A stretch of DNA of 64,000 bases from Macrostomum lignano. Taxonomy: Eukaryota. The stretch spans positions 62,001 to 126,000 of the forward strand of contig NIVC01001237.1 of the NCBI GenBank assembly GCA_002269645.1, in the 5' to 3' direction. This document shows, in pieces, positions 51,112-62,427 of this stretch (its first letter is position 1; each line of letters begins with the position of its first letter). The notes under the pieces were generated by a model, which was given only the letters and a program-made list of their open reading frames with translations, did not search any database and was not told where the DNA came from. A program made the translations under genes and the position numbers.

Positions 51112-53343
51112 ATGTCATCGGGCAATCAATTCTCGAATCCAATTGACGAGGTTGACGAACTTCAAGCCAACGAGGACCTCTCTAACGTTGGCAATCTGCC
51201 AAGGGCGCCTATATCGGCTCGTCAACAACAGAGAATCAATGATGAGCAATCTGACAGTATGAGAAATCTGCTTATAGTTGAGTATGCTGGCCGGCCTACG
51301 CTATTCATAATTCAGTCTATTGTAGCCCTGCTATGCGCCGCCTGCCTGCTCATACTGTCTATGGCCGTAGTCATCGTACTGCCTCTCATGTACTCAGACC
51401 CAGACCAGAGTTATCCTATTAGTATTAATTTGCATAACTGCTGGGCTTATGGACTCTGGCTGCCCTTTCTAGTGGTTCCGTGGGCTGTGTTGATGCTCAA
51501 GGCTGCCAAGACTGGGTGGGCCAAATATGTGAGTTTTTGCTGCCATTTAGTTTGCTTTTATTGTTGTTCTTAGACAGATTGTTGTAATTAGGGTGAGATT
51601 TAGGTAGCTTTGTTGTAATGAGGGTGAGATTTAGGTAGCTTTGTTGTAGTTAGGGTGAGATTTAGGTAGCTTTTTGTTGTAGTTAGGGTGAGATTTAGGT
51701 AGCTTTGTTGTAATTAGGGTGAGATTTAGGTAGCTTTGTTGTAATTAGGGTGAGATTTAGGTAGCTTTTTGTTGTAATTAGGCTGAGATTTAGGTAGCTT
51801 TGTTGTAATTAGGCTGAGATTTAGGTAGCTTTTTGTTGTAATTAGGGTGAGATATGTAGCTTTGTTGTAATTAGGGTGAGATTTAGGTAGCTTTGTTGTA
51901 GTTAGGGTGAGATTTAGGTACCTTTTTTGTTGTAATTAGGGTGAGATTTAGGTAGCTTTGTTGTAATTAGGGTGAGATTTAAATAGCTTTTGTTGTAATT
52001 AGGGTGAGATTTAAATAGCTTTTGCTGTAATTAGGGTGAGATTTAGATAGCTTTGTTGTAATTAGGCTGAGATTTAGGTAGCTTTTTGTTGTAATTAGGG
52101 TGAGATATGTAGCTTTGTTGTAATTAGGGTGAGATTTAGGTAGCTTTTTGTTGTAATTAGGGTGAGATTTAGGTAGCTTTGTTGTAGTTAGGGTGAGATT
52201 TAGGTACCTTTTTTGTTGTAATTAGGGTGAGATTTAGGTAGCTTTGTTGTAATTAGGGTGATATTTAGGTAGCTTTGTTGTAGTTAGGGTGAGATTTAGG
52301 TAGCTTTGTTGTAGTTAGGGTGAGATTTAGGTAGCTTTGTTGTAATGAGGGTGAGATTTAGGTAGCTTTGTTGTAGTTAGGGTGAGATTTAGGTAGCTTT
52401 GTTGTAGTTAGGGTGAGATTTAGGTAGCTTTGTTGTAATTAGGGTGAGATTTAGGTAGCTTTTGTTGTAATTAGGGTGAGATTTAAATAGCTTTTGTTGT
52501 AATTAGGGTGAGAGTTAGGTAGCTTTTTGGTGTAATTAGGATAAGATTTAGGTAGCTTTGCTGTAATTAGGGTGAGATTTAGGTAGCTTCTGCTGTAATT
52601 AGGGTGAGATCTAGGTAGCTTCTGCTGTAATTACGGTGCTTTTGCTGTAATTAGGGTAAGATTTAGGCAGGTTTTGCTGTAGTTGGGTAGAGTTTTAGGT
52701 AGCTTAACTTTTTAAACAATTCATGACTAAATAAGCCAAATATTCGGCAATCAAATTTCAGTTCATCACATTCTACTGTCTGTGCGTCCTCTCCACTGTC
52801 TGCTGTGCAGCTTTGGTGGTTTTGCGTTGTGTCTATTATGCTAGCAGCTGGTATCAGCCGCTTATTGACCAGGCAAACTTGGTGAGTTCTACTAACAGAC
52901 TCACTGACTCACTGACCCACTTACTGAATCAATGAGTTTGGTCTCTTTAGACTCACCGGCACTTCTGACCCACTGACTGACACACTGACACAGTGTGACT
53001 CACTATCATTGATTTACAGTGTGACTCACTATCATTGACCCACAGTGTGACTCACTATCATTGATTTACAGTGTGACTCACTATCATTGACCCACAGTAT
53101 GACTCACTATCATTGACCGATGACTATCTCGCACACACCTCATCAACACTCCACCACAATTTGCAGACCTCAAGGCGACAATTTGGCATCCAAATCGCTT
53201 GCGATGTCATCTGCTCAATCCTGCTATTAGAAGGCTCGACTCTGCTAATAATGTACTTTACCCTGTTCCTTCGCCTTTGTCGAGAACAGTCAACCAATAA
53301 TGATGATAGTCTGAGCCGTGACAATCGAAATTGGTTTGTCTAA
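51112..53343 (+). CDS. Four-transmembrane protein of uncertain family (MS4A/CD20- or sarcospan-like topology), 3 coding exons, about 237 aa
   Basis: Exons 51112-51528, 52762-52881, 53167-53343, all phase 0 with GT-AG sites and no internal stop; four hydrophobic, Cys-rich segments with hydrophilic termini. Family label rests on topology only. Confidence 0.7.
51580..52690. repeat. 31-33-bp minisatellite in intron 1 of the 4-TM gene
   Basis: Unit TTAGGGTGAGATTTAGGTAGCTTTGTTGTAA. Confidence 0.96.
52990..53118. repeat. 26-bp minisatellite in intron 2 of the 4-TM gene
   Basis: Unit CAGTGTGACTCACTATCATTGA(TTTA/CCCA). Confidence 0.9.
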
Positions 53344-53949
53344 ACAAATTCTTATATAACTGTTTGGAACAAAGCCTCTATGATATTTTGCGTTGTTTAT
53401 ACATTGTCGTCCAAATTAATTTGTTTTGCAATAGAGCAATTTATGTATCCGATTTCTATTTTTTTTAAATTATATAGCGTTGCACTACTAACAGTAGGTT
53501 GATTTTGTCTTGGCCGATTATTATAAATTGTAGATTTTTTCTGTTACAGAATTCTGAAGGTGTGTGTGTGTGTACTTTTAACTTATTTATGAATTATCCA
53601 GATCTCCACTCGCTCTTCCTCTTTGCTTTCCCGAATTTCATTTTCATTTTTGCTAAATTTGGATACCAATTTTTTTCCAGAAAAAGGAACACAAGCTGTT
53701 TTTTTAGAGCTTTAACACGATAGATTGACTTAAAAGTTGAATACAAATGATTCGTATTGTCTGTTTTATACGTTCACTTTGTTTAACTGTTTTTGTAAAT
53801 TGTTAAATTTTAATAAATTTCTTTTTGATAAATATATTTTTGCATTGTTGATTGAGAACTTCTAAGAAAGTACAGTTTCCCTTGATTTCTATTGAAGTGG
53901 GATTAATGGTTTTTTAAAGGAAAATCAGGAATTGAAAGGAAGAATCAAG

Positions 53950-54550
53950 GATTTCTGTAAAAGTTGGTTTTGGTGGGTTTCTAGGAAATTTTGGTTCGAT
54001 ACGTTTCTGGGTAATGTTGGTTTAGTGAGTTTCTAGGAAAATTGGTTTCGGTGGGTTTCTAGAAAAATTTTATTCAGTGAGTTTCTAGGAAAGCTTGATT
54101 CGGTACGTTTCTAGGAAAGTTTGGTTTGATGGCTTTCTAGGAAAGTAGGTTTCGGTGGCAGGTTTCTAGGAAAATTACTAGTTGATTTGGTGAGTTTCTA
54201 GGAAAGTTTTGTTCGGTAAGTTCCTAGAGAAGTTGAATTTAGTGGGTTTCTAGGAAAATTTGGTGCAGTGAGTTTCTAAGAAAGTTTGGTTCGATGGGTT
54301 TCTAAAGTGGGAAACTAAGGCTCCAGACGATTTCTAGGCAAGTTGAATTTAAGATTTCTAAAGAAAGCTTGGGTTGGGGACATTTCTAGGAAAGTAGGAT
54401 GCATGGATTGCTGCTAGAAAATTCTAATTCAGAGAATATATAGGAAAGTAGGATTCTGGTATATCTAGATTCGGGGGATTTCTAGGAATATCTAAGAAAA
54501 ATGGTTTCATGTTGGTTTCTAAGAAAGTAGGGTTCGGAGTTTTCTAGGAA
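53950..54550. repeat. Degenerate minisatellite (about 28 bp) with TTTCTAGGAAA core, upstream of PGGT1B
   Basis: Repeated GGTTTCTAGGAAA(A/G)TT with GT-rich spacers. Confidence 0.85.
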
Positions 54551-54653
54551 ATTAGGGTACACAGAGGACTTGTATGTAACTCCGTGCAGTTTAGCCAGAC
54601 AGAAAAATCTATTAAAATCCTCACCAACTCTGCACTGCCAGCTGACAAGCCAA

Positions 54654-57160
54654 ATGTCTAACATCAGCGCGGGAGACAGCTCCAGCAGTGACGATGAAGG
54701 CCGCAGTCGGCGGTGTCGCCAACAGCAGCAGCTGCCAGACATGGAGAAGTTCAGCGCCCAGCTCACCAAGTACTGCAGGCGGGTGCTGACCTGCCTGCCC
54801 TCGCACTGCAGCGGCTACGATCAGAACAGATTGGTGTTCGCTTGGTTTGCCATCTCCACTATGGACATGCTGGATAGGACTCAGGAGCTGAATAGGTATC
54901 AGTTCTGATCATCTAGTCTCAGTCTAATCTTCTATCATCTAATCTCATTCTAATCTATCATCTAATCTTATTCTATTCTATCATCTAATCTCATTCTATT
55001 CTATCATCTAATCTCATCTTAATCTATCATCTAATCTCATCCTAATCCAGCATTTAATCTCATTCGAATCTAGCACCTGTTCAAGCATCTAATCTCACCC
55101 TAATCCCACATCTAATCTCACCCTAATCTAGCATCTAATCTCACCCTAATCTAGCATCCAATCTCACCCTAATCTAGCATCTAATCTCACCCTAATCCAG
55201 CATTTAATGTAATCTCACCCTAATCTAGCATCTTATCTCACCCTAATCCAGCAACTAATCTCACCCTAATGCCACATCTAATCTCACCCTAATCAAACAT
55301 CTAATCTCACCCTAAACCGGCATCTAATCTCACCCTAATCCCGCACAACGCCTCCCGCAGGCAGGAGATCATAGACTGGGTGTACAGCCTTCAGATTCTC
55401 CCCAGCTCCGGCCGGCCCGTTGCCAACTGCGGCTTCCGCGGCGCTCCCCTGCTGGGCAGCCCGGCGGATCCGCACCTGGACGCCGAGAATCCGCTGCCGT
55501 ACGATGCCAGCCACCTCACCATGGTATTCGCCGGCCTGGGCATCCTGCTCATGCTCGGCGACGATCTTCAACGAGTCGATCGAGACGCCGTTCTCAGCGG
55601 AGTCGCGGCCCTGCAGACGCCGGCGGGCTGCTTCACGGCTGGCAAATTTGCTCCGGAAAGCGACTTGCGATTCGTGTTCTCCGCCTGCGTGTCCTGCTAT
55701 TATTTGAACGATTTCACCAAAATCGACGTTGACAGAAGTGTGAGCGAATTTTGTTTAAATGTCGTTATAAATTCCTTATGAAATCCAAAACTGACGTTTC
55801 TAAGAAAATTCTAGCCGCTTTTGTTTCTGGGGAATTCGAACCCTTTCCGTTTCTACTAAGTTGCAATATGCTTTCTAGGAAACACCAGTTGTTGCGTTTC
55901 TAAGAAATTCTTGTAGAGCCCGTTTCTAAGAAATTCCTGTCGCATCCGTTTCTAGGAAATTCTTATCGCATCCGTTTCTAGGAAATTCCTATCGCATCCG
56001 TTTCTAGGAAATTCCTGTCGCACCCGTTTCTAGGAAATTCCTGTCGCACCCGTTTCTAGGAAATTCCTATCGCATCCGCTTAAGAAATTCAAATTCGTGC
56101 TGTTTCCTGGAAATTAAAATTTTGTTTTTCAAGGAAACGAAATTCCAATCTAGCACTGGTCTAGAGAATTCCAACAAGCCATTTCTTGGAACGCCCCCAC
56201 CTGTTGCTGACTATTCTTGGTAGTTTTATTTCTGCTGTTTCCAGGAAATTCAAATTTCTATTTCTGAAAAACTTCATAATCTGTAATTTTGACTTGATAT
56301 CTAAAATGAGAGAATCTCAAACTGCCATATATTTGAGAAATCCGAAATTGTTTTTAAAAATCCATCAACTGAAATTTCTAAGAAAACATAACTGTCGTTT
56401 TTAGGAAATCTCTGAAACCGTTTCTTGGAAATCTCAACATGTCATTTCGATATATTTTTGAGGCATTTTTTCTTGAAAACTGACTAAACGGTATGTTTTA
56501 TACAGCAATATTATTTTCAGTGTCACTAATTCTACTTAACATTTGCGATTGTTCTACTTCAAGTAGAAATGCACACATTTTGCTGTAATTTTTTGCTATA
56601 AATTGTGAAAAATGATAAATTATCCGTAGGTCGCCTTCCTGCTGGCCTGCCAGACCTACGAAGGCGGCTTCGGTCAGCGGCCCGGCTCCGAGGCTCACGG
56701 CGGCTCCACCTTCTGCGCCATCGCTTCGTTGAAACTTCTCGGCAGGCTGGACTCCGCCCTGCCAGCCGACAGTCGCCAACGTTCGCGCCTGTTGCGCTGG
56801 CTTTGCCAGCGTCAGCACCGCGGCTTCCACGGCCGACCGTACAAGGACGACGATTCCTGCTATACGTTCTGGATTGGAGCCTCCCTGGCAGCCCTTGGCC
56901 GGGCCAATCTGATTGACCGATCGGCCCTTGTTGAATTCGTTTTCAGCTGCTACAGCGGCATGGATGGCGGCTTCTCCAAGTATCCGGGCGACTCCGCCGA
57001 CCCGCTGCACACCTACCTGGCTCTGGCCGGCTTGGCCGCCCTCCGCCTCGAGGACGAGCGGCTGGAACCCATCCGGCCTGAGGCCAACATCACCGAAAGG
57101 GCTCACCTGCATATGCTGGCCCTGCATCGGGCTGCTGCCGCTTCTGCTGCTTCTCACTGA
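54654..57160 (+). CDS. PGGT1B: Geranylgeranyltransferase type I beta subunit, 3 exons, about 383 aa
   Basis: Exons 54654-54895, 55361-55739, 56630-57160 (1152 nt). Motifs: IIDWVYSLQ, CGFRG, HLTMVFAGL, ESDLRFVFSA, EAHGGSTFCAIASL, GFHGRPYKDDDSCY, DPLHTYL (Zn-ligand D/C/H motifs). Confidence 0.93.
54905..55340. repeat. 23-24-bp minisatellite in PGGT1B intron 1
   Basis: Unit about AATCTCACCCTAATCTAGCATCT. Confidence 0.92.
55790..56430. repeat. 26-bp minisatellite with TTTCTAGGAAA core in PGGT1B intron 2
   Basis: Unit CGTTTCTAGGAAATTCCT(G/A)TCGCA(T/C)C at about 55920-56080, degenerate outside. Confidence 0.85.
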
Positions 57161-57304
57161 TCTCTTCTCTTCCTTCATCTCTCTTCCTTATTTTGCTTTT
57201 CGCGAGCTCAAGTTGGATTGAGTTGTGAGTTGAGTTATCAGAGCTGGCTATCAAAGTGTTTTGACAATATTAGGTTTTGAAGCTTGTGAAAATTCGAGGT
57301 TATG

Positions 57305-57880
57305 AAGCCCCTTTCTTTACCTCCCTAATTTCTCCCTTCACCTCCCTAGTCTCTCCCTTTAACTCCCTAATCTCTCCCTAATCTGTCCCTTCATCTCCCT
57401 AATCTCTCTCTTCACCTCCCTAATATCTCCCTTCATCTCCCTAATCTCTCCCTTCATCTCCCTAATCTGTCCCTTCATCTCCCTAATCTCTCCCTTCATC
57501 TTCCTAATCTCTCCCTTCATCTCCCTAATCTGTCCCTTCACCTCCCTAGTCTCTCCCTTTAACTCCCTAATCTCTCCCTTCACCTCCCTAATCTCTCCCT
57601 TCATCTCCCTGATCTCTCCCTTCATCTCCCTAATCTCTCCCTTCATCTTCCTAATCTCTCCCTTCATCTCCCTAATCTGTCCCTTCACCTCCCTAGTCTC
57701 TCCCTTTAACTCCCTAATCTCTCCCTTCACCTCCCTAATCTCTCCCTTCATCTCCCTGATCTCTCCCTTCATCTCCCTAATCTCTCCCTTCATCTCCCTA
57801 ATCTCTCCCTTCACCTCTCTAATCCCTTCCTTCACCTCCCTAATTTCTCCCTTCATCTTCCTAATCTCTCCCTTCACCTC
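57305..57880. repeat. 21-bp pyrimidine-rich minisatellite 3' of PGGT1B
   Basis: Unit CTCCCTAATCTCTCCCTTCA(T/C). Confidence 0.95.
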
Positions 57881-59204
57881 TCAAATATCTCCCGTTTAAT
57901 CAATTTTCATTCCTTGTCTTCCTCACTTTATTTCTCTTTCTCCTTTTCTCACTTGCCTAATTTTTATTATCTTATAACCTTCATCAATCAAAAAGTGCAG
58001 AAGTAAACATTGCTTCATCCTACTCAAACCTGAGCAGCTAATGGTTATTACTCAGATAACCCCGCGGATAATTTATATATGTAATTTGTTTGAGTCAATT
58101 CCCACTCTTCAACAAGTTTGACTACTGCGTGAGACTACTCATAGAACAGTAGTAGAATTTGCGTGTGCAAAGATAAATTCTCATTAGGTAAATAGGATTG
58201 CGTACGCGTACCGAACATGCCTGACTGTGTTTTTGCTAAACTTTCTCAAGCCTAGAAGCTTTCAATAAAGGCAGACCAACAACTTCTTAATGCTTCTACA
58301 CTGTGGGTTTTTGGGTGACAGAGTGATTTAACTCTCATCCAGTGAGTTCTTGCGCTTTTTTACGAATTACAGTTTGTCAGAGCAAAAAGAATCTATAGTT
58401 GAGTAACAGTAAAGTTCTAATTTGTAGAGCAAAAAGTATAATTCTTTATATTTTTGTTGGTTTCTTTTCACAGCTAAAAATTATATAGGTTTATATAACA
58501 GTTTATATAAATTGCTCTATTAGATTCTGACATTTTGAACGATAAAATTAAACACAGGTTAGAGGCATCAGCAACAAAAACCAAAAAAATGAAGCGCAAA
58601 AACTTTCAGGGTGACCTACAAAAACTTGTTCAATTATTTTGTCGATTTTGTACTACTTACATAGGGGTCCCATGAGTAGGACAAAAGTTTATTTGTTAAG
58701 AAGCATTAACACGGCAATTTTAGCACGATCGATCGAATATGTACAAAATTATAACCTCTATCTATCTAACTGATTTTTAAAAATTATTTTATGAATGATT
58801 TTTTTTTGAAAATAGACCAACGAAACAGAAACTTCAATTCCTCGCTTAGGTTCTTTAATTGCTATATGCGCGGTTAGTGAATGAAAGATGTAATGAAATA
58901 TTTGCTTTGAAGGTATTCTGATTTTCTAGTTCTTCTCTGCGGTCGTCCCCTCTCAACACTTTTTTCCGCTTTTATTCTGCGGTGCGGGGCAGAAGGGCGG
59001 TCTTGTTTATCAATTATATTTGTTAATTGGGTTTGCAATTTCACCGTTTCATCTTTGATGGTGGACAGTTTCTTTTTTTCTAAAGTTTATTGCTGAGAAA
59101 TTGGTTTGATTCTCGTTCTTTGTTTTTTTCTGATATTCACGTCAGTTTTTCGTTGACTTTGTTTACTAACTTTTAGGGAGAGAAAAACAATTAAGGTTGG
59201 ATTG

Positions 59205-59785
59205 AAATTATAGTGAGATTAGAAATTGCCTGAGATTGGACAGGGGTAGATTGGGATTGGACAAAGGAAGAGTGAGATTAGACAGGGTATGTGAAATTAG
59301 GCAGAGGAGAGTGAGATTAGTCAGGGGAGACTGAGATTAGACACGGGAGGCTGAGATTAGAAAGGGGCAGACTGAGGTTAGACAGGGGAGACTGAGATTA
59401 AGCAAAGGATGTGATATTAGACAGGGGAGAGAGATTGACGGGGTGTAAGATTAGACAAAGGGAAAGTGAGATTAGACAGGGGCAGACTGAGATTAGACAC
59501 GGGAGGCTGAGATTAGACAGGGGCAGACTGAGATTAGACAGGGGAGGCTGAGATTAGACAGGGGCAGACTGAGATTAGACAGGGGAGACTGAGATTAGAC
59601 AGGGGAGACTGAGATTAAGCAAAGGGTGTGATATTAGACAGGGGAGAGAGATTGACGGGGTGTAAGATTAGACAGAGGGAAAGTGAGATTAGAAAGGGGG
59701 TTGAGATTAGACTGTGACAGTGAGATTAGACAGGGGAGTGAGATTAGAGAAGGAAGTGAGCTTAGACAGGGTAAGGGTGAGCTTA
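59205..59785. repeat. About 21-bp degenerate minisatellite
   Basis: Unit about CTGAGATTAGACAGGGG(C/G)AGA. Confidence 0.9.
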
Positions 59786-60477
59786 GACAGGTATAAGTAT
59801 TTGTGAGATAGTCGAGATTAATACAGTTGATACACTGCAAGTTAGGAAAACTTATCTTAACTGAGATTGTAATGGCAATATGATGTAATTTGTTATGCAC
59901 TTAGTGGCACTTAGATTTAGATTGACATCAGTCGGTCTGCGTATATTTAATCATGCTTAGTTACATAAATGGTGTTCATAGAAGATACAGTGTTGCTAAA
60001 AATAGCATCGGAAATGATCAAACTGGATAGAAGGAAAGATTTTCAATTGCGCTGCAGCTTTGCCTGGCATGGCGCAAAAGCAACACAAGGCTAGCGTGAC
60101 TGTCGCACACTGAAAAGGTTGCGCAATAGACCGTCTTGCGGTTGCGACGTGCGTCATAAGGAATAAATCGAGGGGGGAGAGGAAAGGAACTAAGAACTAA
60201 GCTTGTTATTGCCTGGTTTCTAAGCCAATATGACGTAATACCATTTTGGCAGCAAATGTGATATCAGATATGTTGCGAGGGTAGCTTTGAAGGTTGAAGA
60301 ATTAACGTCTTGTATAATGTTACACCGCTGGGTGCGTGTCTTGGTTAAAGAAATATTGTGTATATTGGCCTATCCTTAACAGATGCATGGTTGCTTTCGA
60401 CGTTGGCAGCCAAATTACGAGTAGAAGGGGTTGCTAAGGACGCTGCAGAACTGACTCCAGCGTCTCTTGTAACGCCA

Positions 60478-61165
60478 CAGGCACAAGGCACAGGCCACAG
60501 GCACTCATTTTAGCGCCAAAGGCACTCATTTTAGCGCCACAGGCACTCATTTTAGCGCCAAAGGCACTCATTTTAGCGCCACAGGCACTCATTTTAGCGC
60601 CACAGGCACTCATTTTAGCGCCACAGGCACTCATTTTAGCGCTCACGGACTCATTTTAGCGCCGCAGGCATTCATTTTGGCGCCGCAGGCACTCATTTTA
60701 GCGCCGCAGGCACTCATTTTGGCGCCGCAGGCATTCATTTTGGCGCCGCAGGCACTCATTTTAGCGCCGTAGGCACTCATTTTAGCGCCACAGGCACTCA
60801 TTTTAGCGCCACAGGCACTCATTTTAGCGCTCACGGACTCATTTTGGCGCCGCAGGCATTCATTTTGGCGCCGCAGGCACTCATTTTAGCGCCGCAGGCA
60901 CTCATTTTGGCGCCGCAGGCATTCATTTTGGCGCTGCAGGCACTCATTTTAGCGCCGCAGGCACTCATTTTAGCGCCGCAGGCACTCATTTTAGCGCCGC
61001 AGGCACTCATTTTGGCGCCACAGGCACTCATTTTAGCGTCGCAGGCACTCATTTTAGCGCCGCAGGCACTCATTTTAGCGCCGCAGACACTCATTTTGGC
61101 GCCACAGGCACTCATTTTAGCGCTCACGGACTTATTTTGGCGTCGCAGGCGCTATATTTTGGCGC
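60478..61165. repeat. 21-bp minisatellite with higher-order blocks
   Basis: Unit CAGGCACTCATTTT(A/G)GCGCC(G/A), interrupted three times by GCGCTCACGGAC. Confidence 0.95.
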
Positions 61166-62427
61166 CCTGTAGAAAAATTATTGATTACCACAACGGGTCA
61201 CAAGAAGGTGGGTGAAGGGGGACATGTCCCCTCTGTTCCCCCGGTGTCGACGCCCCTGTTGCTAAAAACACTAAAGAAGCAAATTTTCCAACTATATATA
61301 GAAATCGGCAATTTTCCAATAGAAATAGCTGGCAAAATAAAAAATATTACAAAAGGGAAGCCATTTTATCTCAATAATTTCTTTTTCCATAGACAGAAAG
61401 GCAGGCAGCACCGTTCAGGCCATGACCGCTAAGGTTTTCCCAAACCATCCCGAGGACCTATCCTGTCCTGTCCTCAGTTCCTCTCATTCTTTATCCCCAA
61501 CCATGACAAGTATAGTATGTAGTATATAGTATAGTATGCAGTGCCATAAATCATCACTTGATACCTTGAATTGGCTGGGGTCTATACAGACAAGATGAGA
61601 CAGAGACAGTCCAGTCTGTGCCTCTCTGTCTTCTCTGTCTGTGTCTGCCTGTCTTCATGGAGTTTTCCAAGCCTTAACTAGGATGGGGGGTGGCGGGGCT
61701 CGGTCCAGTCCAGTCGGGGGAGAGAGAGCCATGCAATTCGCTGACGAATCGGTTGCGTAAAAGCTGTCTTGCGTAATAATAGGGTTCTGGCTGGGCCACA
61801 GTCTAAGGGTCCGCGGGTGGTGGCGGCTGGGGTGGCTGGCGTGAATGTGGAACCCCCAGCGCCGTGTAACCCCCCATAACCCCACCCTATACACCCCGGC
61901 GGTGGATTGTCCTGAGGCTTCGGGGCAAAGACGAGGGCTCGGGGGCGTTCAGGGATGGATCACGTGATAGAGCTTAGAAATTTAGGGGGCTGTGGGTGGG
62001 GTTTTGTGAAGAAGGCTTTTCCTGGCTATGGCCTATAGAAAGGCCTGATTACGCAATCGTTAGGCGGCCTTCTGCTCTCTCTCTCTCTCTCTCCCTCCGT
62101 CTGTCTCGTTCCAATTCGGCTTATTCATTCATTTCAAACGCGGCCCTTTGGAGGAGTATAGGAGTATATAGGCGGGGGTCCTCGTTCGCCGTTGGCTCGA
62201 CCAATATAATTTCATCTCTTGGCCCTGTATATACCCCTTCCCCTATAGCACACACCAGTGTCCGAGTCGCGTAATTCGTAAGAGCAGAAAAGGCGACAGT
62301 GTTCGGAGAAAGAGAGAGAATTTCAGTCTGACTGACTCAGCTTACTTACCAGATTTATAAACTTTGTAATACATATAGAAAACCGCTAGATGTCGAATAC
62401 TTAGCGGCATTCGAATAATGAATCCCG

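Noticed and set aside
61400-62420. Autoregulatory RARE upstream of RAR
   Set aside because: No convincing DR1, DR2 or DR5 pair of RG(G/T)TCA half-sites found by eye.
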